Shown here: positions 55,064-64,000 of the stretch, in pieces | Position numbering within the stretch: position 1 is the first letter of the stretch | Layout: the number at the start of each line of letters is the position of its first letter | Source of the DNA: Alphaproteobacteria bacterium | Lineage (GTDB): Bacteria > Pseudomonadota > Alphaproteobacteria > SHVV01 | Assembly (NCBI GenBank): GCA_965261735.1 | Contig: OZ253470.1 | Location: 2,240,001 to 2,304,000, forward strand | DNA length: 64,000 nt | Reading direction: 5' to 3' | The notes under the pieces: model-generated | Database searches by the model: none | Told to the model about the DNA's origin: nothing | Seen by the model: the letters and a program-made list of their open reading frames with translations, nothing else | Translations under genes and position numbers: made by a program

Positions 55064-56443
55064 ATGCGGCTTGCGCTATTGGGACTGCTGTTGGCGATGA
55101 TCGCCGCGGCCGAGGCGCGCGCGGCGCCGCCGGTGGTGATCCTCGAGGTCAAGGGGCCGATCGGTCCCGCCACCAGCGACTACATTGGGCGCGGCCTCGA
55201 GACCGCGGACGAGCGCGGCGCCGGCCTCGTCGTCATTCGCATGGACACGCCCGGCGGGCTCGACACGTCGATGCGCGACATCATCCGCGACATCCTGGCC
55301 TCGCCGGTGCCGGTGGCGACCTTCGTCGCGCCAGGTGGCGCGCGCGCCGCGAGCGCCGGCACCTACATCCTGTATGCGAGCCACGTCGCAGCCATGGCGC
55401 CGGCCACCAATCTTGGCGCGGCGACGCCGATACAGATCGGCGGCATGCCGGGCGCGCCGCCCGTCGAGGAGGACGAAGAGGACGACGGCGCCGGCGGGAA
55501 GGTCGGCGAGACCGGGCTGCGCCAGGATGAGGAAGAAACTGCCGCCGCCCACCCGACGCTCGAAGACAAGATGGTCAACGACGCGGTCGCCTACATCCGT
55601 AGCCTCGCGCAAATGCGTGGGCGCAACGCGGAATGGGCGGTCAAGGCCGTCAACGAGGCCGCGAGCCTGTCCTCGGAGGACGCCGCCAAGCAGGGCGTCA
55701 TCGACCTCATCGCCGCCGATGTCGACGAGCTGTTGGAGAAAATACACGGGCGAAAGGTGAGCGTCCTCAACCGCGAGCGCGAGCTCGACACCGCCGACGT
55801 CGAGTTGATCGAGATTCTGCCCAATTGGCGCACCGAGCTGCTCGCGATCCTGACCAACCCGAACGTCGCCTACATCCTCATGATGGTCGGCTTCTACGGG
55901 ATCATCTTCGAGTTCTATAGCCCGGGCGCGATAGCGCCGGGGGTGATCGGCGCGATCTCGCTTGTGCTGGCCTTCTTCGCGCTCCAGGTCTTGCCCATCA
56001 ACTACGCGGGCCTCGGCCTGATCGTCCTCGGCATCGCGTTCATGACGGCGGAGGCCTTCTTGCCCTCCTTCGGGATCCTTGGTATCGGCGGGCTCTCCGC
56101 CTTCGTCATCGGCTCGGTCATGCTGCTCGACACCGACATCCCGGGCTACGGCATTGCCTGGCCCCTGATCACCGCGGTCGCGGGAACCTCCGCGGCGTTC
56201 TTCCTCTTCGTATTGGCGATGGCGGCGCGCGCCCAACGGCGCCCGGTCGTGAGCGGGCGCGAGGACATGATCGGTAGCGTCGCCCGCGTCGCCGATTGGG
56301 ACGACGGCCGCGGCCACGTGCGCGTACGGGGTGAATCGTGGCGCGCCGAAGGGAGTGAGCGGATGGAGCCCGGCGCCGAGGTGCGCATCGTCGCGATGCA
56401 GGGCCTCACGCTGAGGGTCGAGCCCGCCGAGGGGAAAGGATAG
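55064..56443 (+). CDS. nfeD: NfeD-family membrane-bound serine protease
   Basis: MDTPGGL, AASAG, TNLGAA and C-terminal OB fold (GESWRA); adjacent to a slipin gene. Confidence 0.93.
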   Translation: MRLALLGLLLAMIAAAEARAAPPVVILEVKGPIGPATSDYIGRGLETADERGAGLVVIRMDTPGGLDTSMRDIIRDILASPVPVATFVAPGGARAASAGTYILYASHVAAMAPATNLGAATPIQIGGMPGAPPVEEDEEDDGAGGKVGETGLRQDEEETAAAHPTLEDKMVNDAVAYIRSLAQMRGRNAEWAVKAVNEAASLSSEDAAKQGVIDLIAADVDELLEKIHGRKVSVLNRERELDTADVELIEILPNWRTELLAILTNPNVAYILMMVGFYGIIFEFYSPGAIAPGVIGAISLVLAFFALQVLPINYAGLGLIVLGIAFMTAEAFLPSFGILGIGGLSAFVIGSVMLLDTDIPGYGIAWPLITAVAGTSAAFFLFVLAMAARAQRRPVVSGREDMIGSVARVADWDDGRGHVRVRGESWRAEGSERMEPGAEVRIVAMQGLTLRVEPAEGKG

Positions 56444-56447
56444 GACG

Positions 56448-57236
56448 ATGTCCATCGCCATTTACGTGTACGGCGCGCTCGCCATCCTCGTCCTACTGCT
56501 GGTCCTACTGAGCCTGCGCGTGCTGCGCGAGTATGAGCGCGGCACCATCTTCCTGCTCGGCAAGTTCTGGAAGGTCAAGGGCCCGGGCCTCATCATCGTC
56601 ATTCCCATCATCCAGCAGATGGTGCGCGTCGACCTGCGGACCGTCGTGCTCGACGTGCCGACCCAGGACGTGATCTCGCGCGACAACGTCTCGGTCAAGG
56701 TCAACGCCGTCATCTATTACCGGGTGGTCGACCCGCAGAGCGCGATCATTCAGGTCGAGCATTTTCAGGCAGCGACCAGCCAGCTCGCGCAGACGACGCT
56801 GCGCTCGGTGCTCGGCCAGCACCATCTCGATGAGATGCTGGCCGAGCGCGACAAGCTCAACACCGACATCCAGCAAATCCTCGACGAACATACCGATGCC
56901 TGGGGGATCAAGGTCTCGAACGTCGAGATCAAGCACGTCGACCTCAACGACAGCATGGTCCGCGTCATCGCCAAGCAGGCGGAGGCCGAACGCATCCGGC
57001 GCGCCAAGATCATCGACGCCGAAGGCGAGTTCCAGGCCGCCACCAAGCTGTTGGAAGCCGCGGAGATCCTGTCGGCACGGCCCCAGGCGATGCAGCTGCG
57101 CTATCTCAGCGCGCTCGCCAACATTGCCGGCGAGAAGAGTTCGACCATCGTCTTTCCGCTGCCCATCGACCTCATCAGCGGCCTTTCGCGGATAGGCGGC
57201 GGTGGCGGTGGCGATACCGGCCCCGAGGCCACGTAA
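56448..57236 (+). CDS. Slipin / SPFH (stomatin-like) protein
   Basis: [21 protein letters not shown] and QLRYL. Confidence 0.93.
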   Translation: MSIAIYVYGALAILVLLLVLLSLRVLREYERGTIFLLGKFWKVKGPGLIIVIPIIQQMVRVDLRTVVLDVPTQDVISRDNVSVKVNAVIYYRVVDPQSAIIQVEHFQAATSQLAQTTLRSVLGQHHLDEMLAERDKLNTDIQQILDEHTDAWGIKVSNVEIKHVDLNDSMVRVIAKQAEAERIRRAKIIDAEGEFQAATKLLEAAEILSARPQAMQLRYLSALANIAGEKSSTIVFPLPIDLISGLSRIGGGGGGDTGPEAT

Positions 57237-57261
57237 CGCGCCCACCATTCGCTCGCGCGCC

Positions 57262-57731
57262 ATGCGCTGCTTCTTCTATGGCACGCTGATGGACGCGAAT
57301 GTCGCGGCCGTCGTCCTGGGGCGCGCCGCGCCGCGCCGGTATGGCGCCCGGCCGTACTCTGGGGGTACGTCCGCCGCGGCGTCGTTGGGGCGACCTACCC
57401 GGCCCTTGCGCCGCGCCGCGGCCATGCGGTCCACGGCATCTTTGCCGCCGGACTCTCGGCCGGGGATTTGAGCCGCCTGCGCTATTTCGAGGGCGGGCGG
57501 GAGTATTCGTCCCATACCCGCCGTGTCGTCTTTGCCGATGGCGACGTGACGCGCGCCACCGTGTTCCTACCGACGCGCACCGTCAAGCTCGACCGCCGCG
57601 GCTGGGATTTCGCCCCCTGGCAGGTCAATGGGAGGGCCGCGTTCGTCAAGGAAGCGCGCGCCCACATGGCGCGCTACCGCGCGCGGCCGGTTACCCGCGT
57701 CGGCGCCTTGCCGCGCACTGCGCACCGATAA
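57262..57731 (+). pseudogene. Gamma-glutamylcyclotransferase (AIG2-like), frameshifted
   Basis: FFYGTLMD in one frame; YPAL...L.RL.YFEG..EY in another, with the shift near 57335. Confidence 0.75.
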
Positions 57732-57739
57732 ACCCCGAC

Positions 57740-58225
57740 ATGGCCGAGCCCACGAGACCAGCGCCCAGGCTGCCGGCTCTCGATCCGGCGACCGTGACGG
57801 AGCGCAAGGGCTCCGCATACCCGGCGCCGTTCCGCGAGCGCGCCGCCGGGCACAGCAAGCGGGCGCTCGGCGATGCGGCGGGGCTGACCAATTTCGGGGT
57901 CAACCTGGTGACGCTGGCGCCCGGCGCCGCGTCTTCGGTGCGCCATTGGCATGCCCGGCAGGATGAGCTCGTCTACGTGCTCGAGGGCGAGATCTCACTG
58001 GTGACCGATGCCGGCGAGCAGCCGCTCGGCCCGGGCATGGCGGCGGGCTTTCCGGCCGGCCGCGCGGACGGCCACCATCTTGTCAACCGTACGAAGGCCG
58101 CGGCGAGCTACCTCGAGATCGGCGATCGCTCGCCGGGCGATGCGGTGACTTACCCGGACGACGATCTCGAGGCGCGCCAGGCCGCGAGCTGGCGCTTCGC
58201 GCACAAGGACGGCACGCCTTACTGA
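57740..58225 (+). CDS. Cupin-domain protein
   Basis: GLTNFGVNL, RHWH..QDE and GHHLVN. Confidence 0.9.
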   Translation: MAEPTRPAPRLPALDPATVTERKGSAYPAPFRERAAGHSKRALGDAAGLTNFGVNLVTLAPGAASSVRHWHARQDELVYVLEGEISLVTDAGEQPLGPGMAAGFPAGRADGHHLVNRTKAAASYLEIGDRSPGDAVTYPDDDLEARQAASWRFAHKDGTPY

Positions 58226-59016
58226 GGCGGCGCAGGCGCGCCGCCGACCGCAGCGAGCGCCCGCGCCGCCGGCGCCGCCGGCGTCGCCGCTATCTCGAGC
58301 ACGAGCTTGCGCCGGATCGCTTCGGCGAACTGTGCCCGCGTCTCGGCGGTCTCGACGAAGGCGCCGAAGCCGCCGATCACGTCACGCGCGTAGTGCGTCT
58401 CGAGCGGGATGCCACCAGGTCCGCGATAGGTACCGCCCGGCGATTTGATCACCAGGGCGTTGATGGTGATGTCGAGATCGAGGGCGGCCGCGCGCACCAA
58501 GGCGAGCGGCGGCCCGTTGATCTGGGGCCCGTCGCCGGAGATGTCGATGATCTTGCGCGCAGCCCTGAAATCGTTGCTCTCGATGAGGCTTGCGGCGTGA
58601 ACGATGGCGGCGCTGATCGAGTTGTAGCCGCCGGCGACGCGCGGCGCCAAAATCAGCCTATCGGCGAAGACCGCGGCGGAAGCGGCGTCGCGAATGACCA
58701 TCCAGTCGACGATGGTATGAACCGATGTCGGCGCGGCCCACTCGACATAGGCGATCGCGATCGCCTGGCTGTAGCCGGACAGTATCGCGCCGAGAACGTC
58801 CGGATGGGTGATCGCCTCAGCGTAGCCCGCCCGCTGCAGGCTGAACTCGGCCGCATCCATCGAGCCCGACCCGTCGGCCGCCAGCACGAGTTCGAGGTCG
58901 ACGCGCTCGGCCGCCTGCGCGGCGCTCAGCGCCAGCGCCAGGATGGCCAAGGCAGCGACAAAGGCTCGGCCCACGGTGCGGATCCTGGTACCCGATTGTG
59001 CAGGACAGCGGCTCAT
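58219..59016 (-). CDS. DUF1194 (vWA-like) exported protein
   Basis: VDLELVLAADGSGS, IDISGDG, VIGG.GAFV and RKLVLEIA. Confidence 0.88.
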   Translation of the reverse strand: MSRCPAQSGTRIRTVGRAFVAALAILALALSAAQAAERVDLELVLAADGSGSMDAAEFSLQRAGYAEAITHPDVLGAILSGYSQAIAIAYVEWAAPTSVHTIVDWMVIRDAASAAVFADRLILAPRVAGGYNSISAAIVHAASLIESNDFRAARKIIDISGDGPQINGPPLALVRAAALDLDITINALVIKSPGGTYRGPGGIPLETHYARDVIGGFGAFVETAETRAQFAEAIRRKLVLEIAATPAAPAARALAAVGGAPAPPQ

Positions 59017-59023
59017 CTTTCGT

Positions 59024-59123
59024 CCCCCTCCCCCTACCCCCTCCCACCAGGGGGAGGGGGATTTAGGGTGCGAGGTCCGGTTCTTGGCCCTCCCCCTTGA
59101 TGGGGGAGGGTGGGGAGGGGGTG
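59024..59123. repeat. Pair of inverted REP-like palindromic repeats
   Basis: CCCCCTCCCCCTACCCCCTCCCACCAGGGGGAGGGG and CCCTCCCCCTTGATGGGGGAGGGTGGGGAGGGGGTG. Confidence 0.75.
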
Positions 59124-59141
59124 ACACGCAGACCCCAGGCA

Positions 59142-59428
59142 CTATTCGTGCATGACGAAGGTGTTGCCGTCGGGGTCCTTGAACTGGGCCATCAGTCCAC
59201 CCCACGGCTGGCGCGTGGGCGGCTCGGAGAACTCGACGCCGCGGCGCGCGAGCTCGGCGCAGGTTTCCTCGATGTCGGGCGCGGAGAAGACGATATTGGC
59301 GAAGCCGCCGATACGCTCCTTCATGCCGGGCGGCGTGAATAGCGCGAGCGAGGTCTCGGCGCCCGGGGGCCTGACCTGCAGCCAGCGCTGGCCGTCGCCG
59401 AAGGGGTTGTCGGCCACGAGCTCGAACC
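59142..59428 (-). pseudogene. VOC/glyoxalase-family protein, 5'-truncated
   Basis: GFELVAD.P.G.G.RWL and PWGG...FKDPDGN; fused directly to IS1595 sequence. Confidence 0.85.
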
Positions 59429-60517
59429 CGCCCATGACCGCTACATGTAGGGTGCCGCCACTCTCCCGAGTAAAGCTCGGCATAGGTTGGAGCAGAGGTG
59501 TCGCCCGCGATGCCGAGCAATGAGCGGAAGGCGTTGAACGGGTAGAACCGCCTGTTGAAGCGGAAGGTGAACTCGTTGAGGTAGGCTTGTAGGTGCTGGT
59601 GGCTAACGCCGTGGTGAGATACCGATCAGCCACGTCTTCAGGTTGGCGAAAACCAGATGGATGATCGGCAGGTATTGCTCGGCAACCTCTGGATCACCAC
59701 ACTCGGCAACAGCGAAGTGCTCATAGCCGCGCTTACCGAGGCCAGCATAGCCGCTCCAATCGTCAGTAACGATCAGCGATCGCGGCGCGACGGTGCTCTC
59801 GACGAACCCACAGAGCGACTCGGCGCTACGGTCGAGCACGACGGCGAGCCGAACGCGTCCGGCATAGCGTCCGTCTTTCCGGTTGTCGAGCTTGGTGCCC
59901 GGCTTTCGATGACGCACCTCGATGGCACAGGAGACGGGAACCTTGTGGTGAACACCACGGCCTTCCCCACGCGTTCGCCCGCCAACCCAGGTTTCGTCCA
60001 CCTCAACATGGTTCTTGGGCTGTCCACCGATCCTGTCTTGGTTGGGCCGCACCATGCCCGAGCGGAGCTTGTGGAGAATTTGAAAGGCCGTCTCGTAGCG
60101 CGAAAGACCAAGTTGCCGCTGAAACTGCACGGCGGACATGCCGGGCGTCTGACTGGCGACCAGATAAGCGGCCCAGAACCAGACGTTCAGCGGAGTGTGG
60201 CTACGCTCCATCACTGTTCCCACCGTCAGCCCGGTGTTCTGGCGGCACTTGCGGCAGCGCAGGACGCCAGGGCGGTTTTCAAAGTGGAACGGCTCTCCCG
60301 CCGTGCCGCAGTGCGGGCAGGCAAAGCCGTCTCCCCAGCGGGCTTTCTCCAGGTAGGCGGCGCAGGCCGCATCATCGGGGAAAAGTCGCTGGAACTCGGG
60401 TAGCGAATGCGGGAATGGGAGATCGGCGCGGTCGAGAACATCCATGGCGCGCTCCCCTATATCCGGGTTGCGCCCATTCTAGCCCTAGTGGGTGTGGGTG
60501 TAAACCGGATAGGTAAG
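59429..60517 (-). mobile_element. IS1595 element A, defective copy
   Basis: The outer 17 bp of the right IR are missing, there is a +1 insertion at 59617, and the left IR has a point change. Confidence 0.92.
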
Positions 60518-60852
60518 GATGGTTCGTCCTCCCAGCACCAATGTTGGCGCAGCGAATGTGCCTCGGGGTAGGGTGGCGCGCAACGGCGACGCCTCTGCCA
60601 CGATCCCTTCAGCCACGGCCGACCTGCAATTGTTGGGTGCAGCTTGGACGCCACTTTGGTTGCCGCGCTCTCCTCGTACCTGGTTGCACCGGAATGTGCT
60701 TCACGACGTCTCTCCCTTCCCCTGGCTCCCACCTTTCCGCAGAGGAGGGGGAATCATGGTGCGATCTCATTCTCTTAGCCCTCAGCGCTGGTCGAGAGGG
60801 TTGGGTGGTGGTGATCTGTGGACTTCCGTGAGCCAGGATTACGGCGCCGGAC

Positions 60853-62046
60853 ATGACTGACGACCCGAGCGGCTTCCTGCCGCACACCGACGCCGCGGCC
60901 GCCTCGCGCGAGCGCACGCTCGGCCTCATCGCCGTCATCGCCAGCATCGCCATCGTCAGCGTGACCTTCGGGATCACCTCACCGCTGCTGTCCATCCTTC
61001 TCGAGCGCCAGGGAGTCGACAGCGTCCTGATCGGTATGACCGCGTCCTGTTCGGCGGCAGGTTTCATCACGTTCGCGCCCCTGCTGCCGCGAGCGGTCCG
61101 CCGCTTCGGTACCGCCAACGTCATGCTCGGCTGCATCGCCGCGGTGCTCTTTGCACTCATCCTCCTGCCGCTGTTCCCCAACGTGTGGGCGTGGGCGGCC
61201 ATCCGGTTCTTCTATGGCATCTGCAGTGGCGGCCTATTCGTCGTCAGCGAAACCTGGATCAACCAGCTCGCCCCGGCGGCGACGCGCGGCCGGGTGCTTG
61301 GCCTTTACGTCATGTCGATGTCGATCGGGCTCGCGCTTGGGCCCCTCGTCCTGTGGGCCATGGGAACGGACACAACGGCGCCGTTCTTCGCCGCCATGCT
61401 CGTCGTCGTGGTCGGCGCCGTTCCGGTCGTGCTCGCGCGGCGGTCGGCGCCACGCATCGCCGCGCGCCCAACAGCGCCGCTGTGGCGTTTCCTGCGCATC
61501 GCACCGACCGGCACCTTTGCCGGCCTCGTCCTCGGTTTCGTCGAAACGAGCGTGCTGTCGCTACTGCCGCTGTACGCGCTGCGCAGCGGGTTTCCACCTG
61601 GTATGGCCGCCGTCCTGATTTCGGTCTTCACCGCCGGCGCCATCGTCATTCCGCCGTTCTTCGGTTGGCTCGGTGACCGCATCGCGCTGCGCAGCGCGTC
61701 CTTTCTCGCGGCCCTGATCGCGGGCCTGTCGATCGCGAGTTTCCCTCTGGTCACCGGCTCGCCGCTGCTGTGGGTCGCCGCCTTCATCTGGGGCGGCGCC
61801 GCGACCTCGATCTACTCGCTCGGGCTCACGCTGCTCGGCGAAAGATTTCGCGGCGCCGATCTCGTAGCGGTCAACGCGGTCATGATCTTCATGTATTCGA
61901 TCGGCTCGCTGAGCGGAGCGATCTTGACGGGCGCTGCGATGGACATCTGGGGCACGAGGGCCTACCCCGGCTTCTTGGCGGTGGTGTGCCTGTCCTACGC
62001 GCTGCTCGTCGGGGTGCGCCGGATGACCCACGGCAAACGAGGTTAG
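60853..62046 (+). CDS. MFS transporter (YcaD-like)
   Basis: SETWINQLAP...RGRVLGLY and GWLGDRI. Confidence 0.9.
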   Translation: MTDDPSGFLPHTDAAAASRERTLGLIAVIASIAIVSVTFGITSPLLSILLERQGVDSVLIGMTASCSAAGFITFAPLLPRAVRRFGTANVMLGCIAAVLFALILLPLFPNVWAWAAIRFFYGICSGGLFVVSETWINQLAPAATRGRVLGLYVMSMSIGLALGPLVLWAMGTDTTAPFFAAMLVVVVGAVPVVLARRSAPRIAARPTAPLWRFLRIAPTGTFAGLVLGFVETSVLSLLPLYALRSGFPPGMAAVLISVFTAGAIVIPPFFGWLGDRIALRSASFLAALIAGLSIASFPLVTGSPLLWVAAFIWGGAATSIYSLGLTLLGERFRGADLVAVNAVMIFMYSIGSLSGAILTGAAMDIWGTRAYPGFLAVVCLSYALLVGVRRMTHGKRG

Positions 62047-62161
62047 GCGCGCGGGCGGGCCTTCTCACGCTTGCCCTAGCTCGGCGCTGCCGGCTCGTGT
62101 ACAAAGTCGGGCGCGCGCCGGGCGGCGCCATAATCCGAGCGATAGGAAGGCAGGGAGCGAG

Positions 62162-63178
62162 ATGGAGTACGGACTGATGATGCGCGGACAGTACGCGCAA
62201 GGCGATGACATGCATGCGCGTTTTCACGAGCTGTTGGCGCAGATCCGGCTCGCCGACAAGCTCGGGTTCAACTCCTACGTCATGGGCCAGCACTACAGCA
62301 CCAGCCCCCTGCAAATGCTGCAGCAGGCGCCTTTCATGGCGCGCGCCATCGCCGAGGCGCCCTCGATGCGGGTCGTCGCCGGCATCGTCCTGATCCCGTT
62401 GCACAAGCCGCTCGACATCGCCGAGCAGCACGCGACCATCGACGTGATGTCGAACGGCAAGCTCATCTTCGGCGCCGGCCTCGGCTATCGCGAGGTCGAG
62501 TTCCGCGCCTTCGGCACCACCCAGAAGGATGCCGGCGCACGCCTCGAGGAGGGACTGGTCGCGATCAAGCGGCTGTGGACCGAGGACACCGTGGACATGG
62601 TGGGCTCGCACTTCGAGCTCAAGGGCGCCTCGGTCTCGGTGCGGCCGATCCAGAAGCCCCATCCCCCCATCTGGATCGGTGCCAACGCCGACAGCGCGAT
62701 CCGCCGTGCGGCGCAGATCTCCGACGCCTGGTACGTCAATCCGCACAACCGATTGGACACCATCGAACGCCAGGTGGAGGTCTACAAGCGGGCGCTCGAT
62801 GACGCCGGCAAGCCCTTCCCGGCCGAGTTCCCGATGATGCGCGAGGTCTTCGTGGCACCGACGCGCGAGGAGGCGATCCGCAACTGCGCGCCGACGCTCG
62901 GGACCAAGTACAAGGCCTACCACCAGTGGGGCCAGGACAAGGTCATGCCCAAGGGCGACGACAATTTCGACCTCGAGTTCGAGGAGCTAACGAAGGACCG
63001 CTTCCTGCTCGGCGCGCCCGACGAGGTCGCCGAGCAGATCATCGGGCTCGCCAAGCGCTTCGGCGTCACCCACACCGTGCTCGGCATCCAGTTCCCCGGC
63101 ATGGCGCAGAGCCTGATCACCGAACAGATGGAGCTGCTCGCGGCCGAGGTCTTCCCCAAGGTCGAGCAGGGACTGTAG
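62162..63178 (+). CDS. LLM-class flavin-dependent oxidoreductase
   Basis: AEQ.ATID.MSNG.L.FGAGLGYR and RPIQKPHPPIWIG. Confidence 0.92.
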   Translation: MEYGLMMRGQYAQGDDMHARFHELLAQIRLADKLGFNSYVMGQHYSTSPLQMLQQAPFMARAIAEAPSMRVVAGIVLIPLHKPLDIAEQHATIDVMSNGKLIFGAGLGYREVEFRAFGTTQKDAGARLEEGLVAIKRLWTEDTVDMVGSHFELKGASVSVRPIQKPHPPIWIGANADSAIRRAAQISDAWYVNPHNRLDTIERQVEVYKRALDDAGKPFPAEFPMMREVFVAPTREEAIRNCAPTLGTKYKAYHQWGQDKVMPKGDDNFDLEFEELTKDRFLLGAPDEVAEQIIGLAKRFGVTHTVLGIQFPGMAQSLITEQMELLAAEVFPKVEQGL

Positions 63179-63208
63179 GGACGGCTCGCAGCGAACGCGG
63201 CCCGGCAA

Positions 63209-63904
63209 TCACTCCGCGGTCGGGTTGAGGAACTTCGTTCGGTACTCCTCGGGAACGAAGAACAGGTGGTCCTGTTGATCGCCCGCCGCGATGTGACACT
63301 CGCCACAGAATTCGACGCGCTCCGAGCCCTCACCGCCCGTCGTTCCGAACAGGCTGCCGTCGGGCATGATCATGGTGTAGCGCCAGTCGCGAAACCGCGG
63401 GCTGAAGCCCGGCGGCATCTTTTCCATGAGCGATAGCGGCGCGGACAGGACGTCACCGCGCTCGGTTACCTCGAAGGCATCCTTGGCCAGTACCGAGCCG
63501 ATGGGTAGGGTTCCGGCCTCCTCCGCCTTGCCGTAGTCGATGGCCGCTGAATTGGCGTAGTTGTTGACGTAACGCTCGCCGTGCGTCGCCGACAAGTAGG
63601 GCGCTACGTTGTAGCGGCGCCACGTGCGGTAGACCTCCGCGAAGGGGTCTCCCGACTTGCCGTAGGCGGCCACCATGTCCTCGAGGATACGGTCGTAGAT
63701 GACGAGGGCGTCAGCACCCGCGAGGTCGGCGGGCCGCTCGACGCGGAAATGCCGCGTCGGACGCGCGACCTGCGGGAAAGCTCCGCCGTCGTCGGACGCC
63801 CCTTCCCGTAGCGGCGCGCCGAGCCACAGCGCGGCCCCGACGCCGGCGGCGGCGATGACGACCACCGCGACAGCGATCAGCGCGAGCCACGGCCGATCCT
63901 TGCC
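63209..63904 (-). CDS. Membrane-anchored cytochrome P460-family domain
   Basis: TM helix, PYLSATHG.RYVNNYAN, GSVLAKD, MEKM..G, DWRY and C-terminal CGECH heme motif. Confidence 0.8.
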   Translation of the reverse strand, partial: GKDRPWLALIAVAVVVIAAAGVGAALWLGAPLREGASDDGGAFPQVARPTRHFRVERPADLAGADALVIYDRILEDMVAAYGKSGDPFAEVYRTWRRYNVAPYLSATHGERYVNNYANSAAIDYGKAEEAGTLPIGSVLAKDAFEVTERGDVLSAPLSLMEKMPPGFSPRFRDWRYTMIMPDGSLFGTTGGEGSERVEFCGECHIAAGDQQDHLFFVPEEYRTKFLNPTAE

Positions 63905-63919
63905 CTACACGCCGATCAA

Positions 63920-64000
63920 CTAGCCCGCGGCCTCGGGAGCCGTGAGGACGCGGTAGACGACGACCGGCTCGGCGATGTTCTTGACCGCGTGTTCACCCAT
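63920..64000 (-). CDS. End of a class III adenylate/guanylate cyclase domain (partial)
   Basis: MGEHAVKNIAEPVVVYRV is typical of the cyclase C-terminal KNI..P motif. Confidence 0.7.
   Translation of the reverse strand: MGEHAVKNIAEPVVVYRVLTAPEAAG

Noticed and set aside
58219-59633. Long ORFs joining transposase tail, VOC and DUF1194 sequence
   Set aside because: Read-through artefacts of the IS junction and high GC. The real DUF1194 start is near 59016 or just downstream.

Overview
GC-rich DNA, probably alphaproteobacterial (inferred from gene content), in two halves. About 1-33 kb is a decayed accessory island. It has ten copies or fragments of one IS1595-type element across the window, plus IS256 (x2), IS66, IS630, IS5, ISKra4-like and IS21 elements. 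These cut up a terminase gene, a satellite-like portal/xis/integrase module, a SWIM-SNF2/RecD2/YecA/HU module, a probable Hailong (halA-halB) defence relic and a DUF3489-DUF2924-serine recombinase trio. About 33-64 kb is mostly chromosomal metabolic and transport genes, including a ~1900-aa FecR/Calx-beta/FG-GAP adhesin split by a second IS1595. The two most unusual items are (1) an intact IS66-family element carrying a translationally coupled DUF4338 (DruA-like, possibly Mom-like) gene inside its perfect inverted repeats, and (2) an adenylate cyclase-TM-cytochrome P460 reading frame interrupted by two amber codons at the right edge. All family calls come from motif recognition by eye; no searches were run.
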